Of a stretch of DNA of 55,947 nucleotides, positions 53,209-55,947 are shown one piece after another. Position 1 is the stretch's first letter. Each line of letters begins with the position of its first letter. A program made the translations under genes and the position numbers. Source of the stretch: Candidatus Pacearchaeota archaeon (GTDB lineage Archaea; Nanobdellota; Nanobdellia; Pacearchaeales; GW2011-AR1); assembly GCA_002688875.1 (NCBI GenBank), contig NZDU01000040.1:1-55947 (forward strand), written 5' to 3'. The notes beneath the pieces are model-generated. The model saw nothing but the letters and a program-made list of their open reading frames with translations, did no database searches and had not been told where the DNA came from.

Positions 53209-55299
53209 TTATCTAATTGGTAACCTTGCAAGTAATACCTTTCCATATTTAGTATCAACTATTTCCCATAGATACCTAATTCTTAAATATAAATCCACAT
53301 CAATAAATTCTTTACAATCAATAGGCACTAAACCCTTAATACCGTTTTCTAACTTTACTTTTTCAAATTTACAATTATCAATAACTATTTCATATATTGG
53401 CTGAAATGAAAATGGTCCTATTAACTGTTTTTTGTTATTTTCATAGACAATCTCCTCAAAACCACCATAAGGATCAGGATCAATTAATTCAGTAATTCCA
53501 TCACCATCAATATCCACCCAACCTAATGTTCTCTGTAACTCAATGCCAATAAGATTATTATCATGCATGATTTCATATTCTCCATCTTGATCATAATCTT
53601 TTAGAACTTCATTATTGTGGGCACCAAATAGACATGGTCCTGAAGAACTAACTCTCTTACGCAGCCAATCTGGTTCTTGACCAACAAAAATCTTTAGATT
53701 TTCAGGAAGTTTAACAGCGTAATAATCAGGAGAGGATCCTAAAAAATCACAACTTCCTACTCCAGCAAATCCACCCCAATTCAAAGATTCGGTTCCATAA
53801 CCCATAGGAAAATGATCTCCAGCAAGTCCCAATGCGTGTAAAATTTCATGACTAATTACACCAAATAAATGTTGAAATGCAGCCAACGCATTAATCCCTT
53901 TTTGTTTATCCAACCCGGAATAAGATTCAGGCGGGTTTAAAGTTGCTCTAACATGTTGCATATTTCCAAGAGTGCTATAGGCTCCACCAAATCCCTTAAT
54001 AACAACAGGAGATATGATAAATACTTGAAAATCATTTTGATTTATCTTTTCAATTGCTGCATTGTATATTTTCCATAAATCTTCGTTTGTTGCCTCCAAA
54101 GATTCAAGTGATTTTTCCTCAATACCTTCCGGAGGTTCTATTACGACTGGAAAAAACTCGTATTGAATGGGGTTATCAACATTTTGCTTCTTCTTAATAT
54201 AATCATTCAAGAAATATTCGTATCTTTTAGTCCAGCTCAACAAAATATCCTCCGGATATGCATCATCAAACATAACAAAGACCAAAAGAGATTTTAATCT
54301 CTCTCCGTAAACAGGAAAGAAACTTTTACGTCTTGAAACTGAGGTTGAATGTTGGGGTCCTTGATTAGTATCAACATTAAAATCCAAAACTGAATAATGA
54401 GAATCATCTTCCCACAATGTCGATCTTAAAAAAGTACCTGCTTTAAAAGAAATACTTCCAATATAAGAAAATTCAATATTGGGATTAGGGGCTTTATAAG
54501 AAATCCCGTTTCTTTGTTTAGGAGTTTCCCACAAATCAGAAATAAATTTCAACATACGCTCTGAATAACCAGATTCATAATTAACAGCCCCTAATTCTTC
54601 AGCCCAACAAGAAGATGGATAAAAAACTCCATTTGAATCATAAACAGGATCATAAGATCTTGGACAAACATGCTTATAACGAATACCGTATGAATAGTGA
54701 ATTTCTTTGAAATATTGTTTACATTCAGGCAAATTCCAATATTCCTTTTCTAAGCTAGCTCTAAAACACTTTGGATTTTTAGGTAAAGGAATTTCAAGAA
54801 TATTTTCATCCGGTAAAGGTATATTAAAATCTAATTTTTCAAGTGGAGGGTCTAATCTCATAGTAAGCTCTTTGTCTTTAAAATCCACTATGACTAATCT
54901 AAATTCTCCTATGGGGATTACTTGCCCCCTAGAAACAACTTGAGTATTACCGTCAACTTCTAGAAGTACTTTTTCTGTTCCAACTCTAACTAAAGAAAAT
55001 TCTGTTCCACGGATATCTATCGCTTTAGTTTGGGATTCAGAAAGTATAAAAAGTTCACATTCTTCTCCAAATAGATCATCCGCAAAGATAAAGAAATCAT
55101 TGATGGTTATTCTTTTATCGTCATTTAGGTCAAAGTCTACATTTAAAAATTTTTCTTCATTAAAGTTTCCAAAAGCTTGAGCAAACATCAAAAAATCATT
55201 AAAATCTATCTTACAATTCCCATCAAAATCCCCCTCTAAACCTAAAACCGGACTACTTAAGATAAATAACACAAATAAAGATATACTTATTTTTCGCAT
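53209..55299 (-). CDS. Secreted dockerin-like + HExxH zinc metalloprotease-domain protein
   Basis: Signal peptide. Ca-loop repeats DFDGNCKIDFNDF and DLNDDKRITINDF. HEILHALGLAGDH, with HEILH encoded at 53836-53850. C-terminal DQDGEYE/DIDGDGITELIDPD loops. Confidence 0.7.
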   Translation of the reverse strand: MRKISISLFVLFILSSPVLGLEGDFDGNCKIDFNDFLMFAQAFGNFNEEKFLNVDFDLNDDKRITINDFFIFADDLFGEECELFILSESQTKAIDIRGTEFSLVRVGTEKVLLEVDGNTQVVSRGQVIPIGEFRLVIVDFKDKELTMRLDPPLEKLDFNIPLPDENILEIPLPKNPKCFRASLEKEYWNLPECKQYFKEIHYSYGIRYKHVCPRSYDPVYDSNGVFYPSSCWAEELGAVNYESGYSERMLKFISDLWETPKQRNGISYKAPNPNIEFSYIGSISFKAGTFLRSTLWEDDSHYSVLDFNVDTNQGPQHSTSVSRRKSFFPVYGERLKSLLVFVMFDDAYPEDILLSWTKRYEYFLNDYIKKKQNVDNPIQYEFFPVVIEPPEGIEEKSLESLEATNEDLWKIYNAAIEKINQNDFQVFIISPVVIKGFGGAYSTLGNMQHVRATLNPPESYSGLDKQKGINALAAFQHLFGVISHEILHALGLAGDHFPMGYGTESLNWGGFAGVGSCDFLGSSPDYYAVKLPENLKIFVGQEPDWLRKRVSSSGPCLFGAHNNEVLKDYDQDGEYEIMHDNNLIGIELQRTLGWVDIDGDGITELIDPDPYGGFEEIVYENNKKQLIGPFSFQPIYEIVIDNCKFEKVKLENGIKGLVPIDCKEFIDVDLYLRIRYLWEIVDTKYGKVLLARLPIR

Positions 55300-55355
55300 A
55301 ATTTTTTTAAGATTTCACAAATACTTAAATATATCCTTTGAATTATCTCCGATTT

Positions 55356-55868
55356 ATGCCAACTTGTCAAAATTGCAATTACGAACTAGTACTTTTACCT
55401 AGGGGCAAGTATAAATGCTCAATTTGTTCTAAACTATATCCTCCTAAAAAAGTTGAATCCAAATCTTTTCGAACTTGGAATCAAAAACAACGAGAGCTTG
55501 ATATTCACAATGATAAACTAGATCATAAAAATAAGGTTTCTGAGAAAAGAGAAATTAGAAAATTTATTAGACAATTATTCAACGGTCTACCTAAAACAAG
55601 AAAACAGATTTATGAAGAATACAAAGAGGTTCAATATCAAAAGAAAAAATTATGGATACAGAATAACAAGGATAAGTATCTTGAGATGAGAAGGAAGATG
55701 AGAGAGAAGTATAGACAAAGAATAAGAGGATATGCAAACTTATATTATTATAGAAAAAAGCAGAAAGCTCTTGCACTACATTACCTCAGAAATAAACAAT
55801 ACAATGGCTCTAAGGAAGAAATAGACTTTTCAGTTCCCGCTAGCTCACTTTCTCAACTACTGTTTTAA
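55356..55868 (+). CDS. Zn-ribbon (CxxC..CxxC) + basic K/R/Y-rich repeat protein
   Basis: MPTCQNCNYELVLLPRGKYKCSICSKLY. The ATG at 55356 lies about 25 nt after the TATA-like ACTTAAATATA. The track start at 55338 is a TTG. Confidence 0.5.
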   Translation: MPTCQNCNYELVLLPRGKYKCSICSKLYPPKKVESKSFRTWNQKQRELDIHNDKLDHKNKVSEKREIRKFIRQLFNGLPKTRKQIYEEYKEVQYQKKKLWIQNNKDKYLEMRRKMREKYRQRIRGYANLYYYRKKQKALALHYLRNKQYNGSKEEIDFSVPASSLSQLLF

Positions 55869-55947
55869 TCGAAAGATTTATAAAGCTTTGGTTGGTTTTT
55901 CAAGTTGGATGCTCGCTTTTAAATCATATTTATAATCTATGAGATAG

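Overview
AT-rich archaeal chromosome segment. Spot GC counts of single 60-nt lines give 20/60 in backbone DNA. The gene content resembles a small-genome, DPANN-like archaeon, but that taxonomic label is inference only.

Backbone genes:
- Translation and protein handling: thermosome, TrpRS, aEF-2/aEF-1alpha/uS10, Sec61beta, NAC.
- Membrane and stress: an ABC exporter pair, a presenilin-like protease, peroxiredoxin.
- Stable RNA: RNase P RNA, which is not in the ORF track.
- Genome maintenance: a three-gene operon ending in a MinD-like ATPase, followed by Mre11-Rad50.
- Sugar metabolism: a glycan-handling cluster (GHMP kinase, GT4 fusion, GH130-like) and a glycolysis cluster (class I GAPDH, PGK, PfkB kinase, class IA aldolase, TIM, 2-hydroxyacid dehydrogenase, ROK glucokinase).

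tRNA genes: I found five by hand (Ser, Pro-like, Tyr, Asp, Lys). All five carry extra sequence consistent with introns, and several introns sit at non-canonical positions. Two free-standing LAGLIDADG endonuclease genes, one of them frameshifted, lie directly 5' of intron-containing tRNA genes.

Accessory DNA:
1. A ~12.1 kb GC-richer element is integrated into the 3' end of tRNA-Ser. It has an exact 13-bp att repeat at 13661-13673 and 25793-25805, and a tyrosine integrase next to the tRNA. Its cargo is a nested ~60% GC IS3-family element, a dockerin/transglutaminase-like protein, a streptopain-like secreted protease with 2x CARDB and 2x PPC modules of 366-bp period, an orphan purD and several unknown genes.
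2. A patch after tRNA-Lys holds a DDE transposase, a decayed transposase copy, Zn-ribbon basic proteins and a second dockerin-tagged enzyme (Zn-metalloprotease).

I saw no CRISPR array, rRNA gene or reverse transcriptase. All family assignments come from reading motifs by eye and need HMM or BLAST confirmation.
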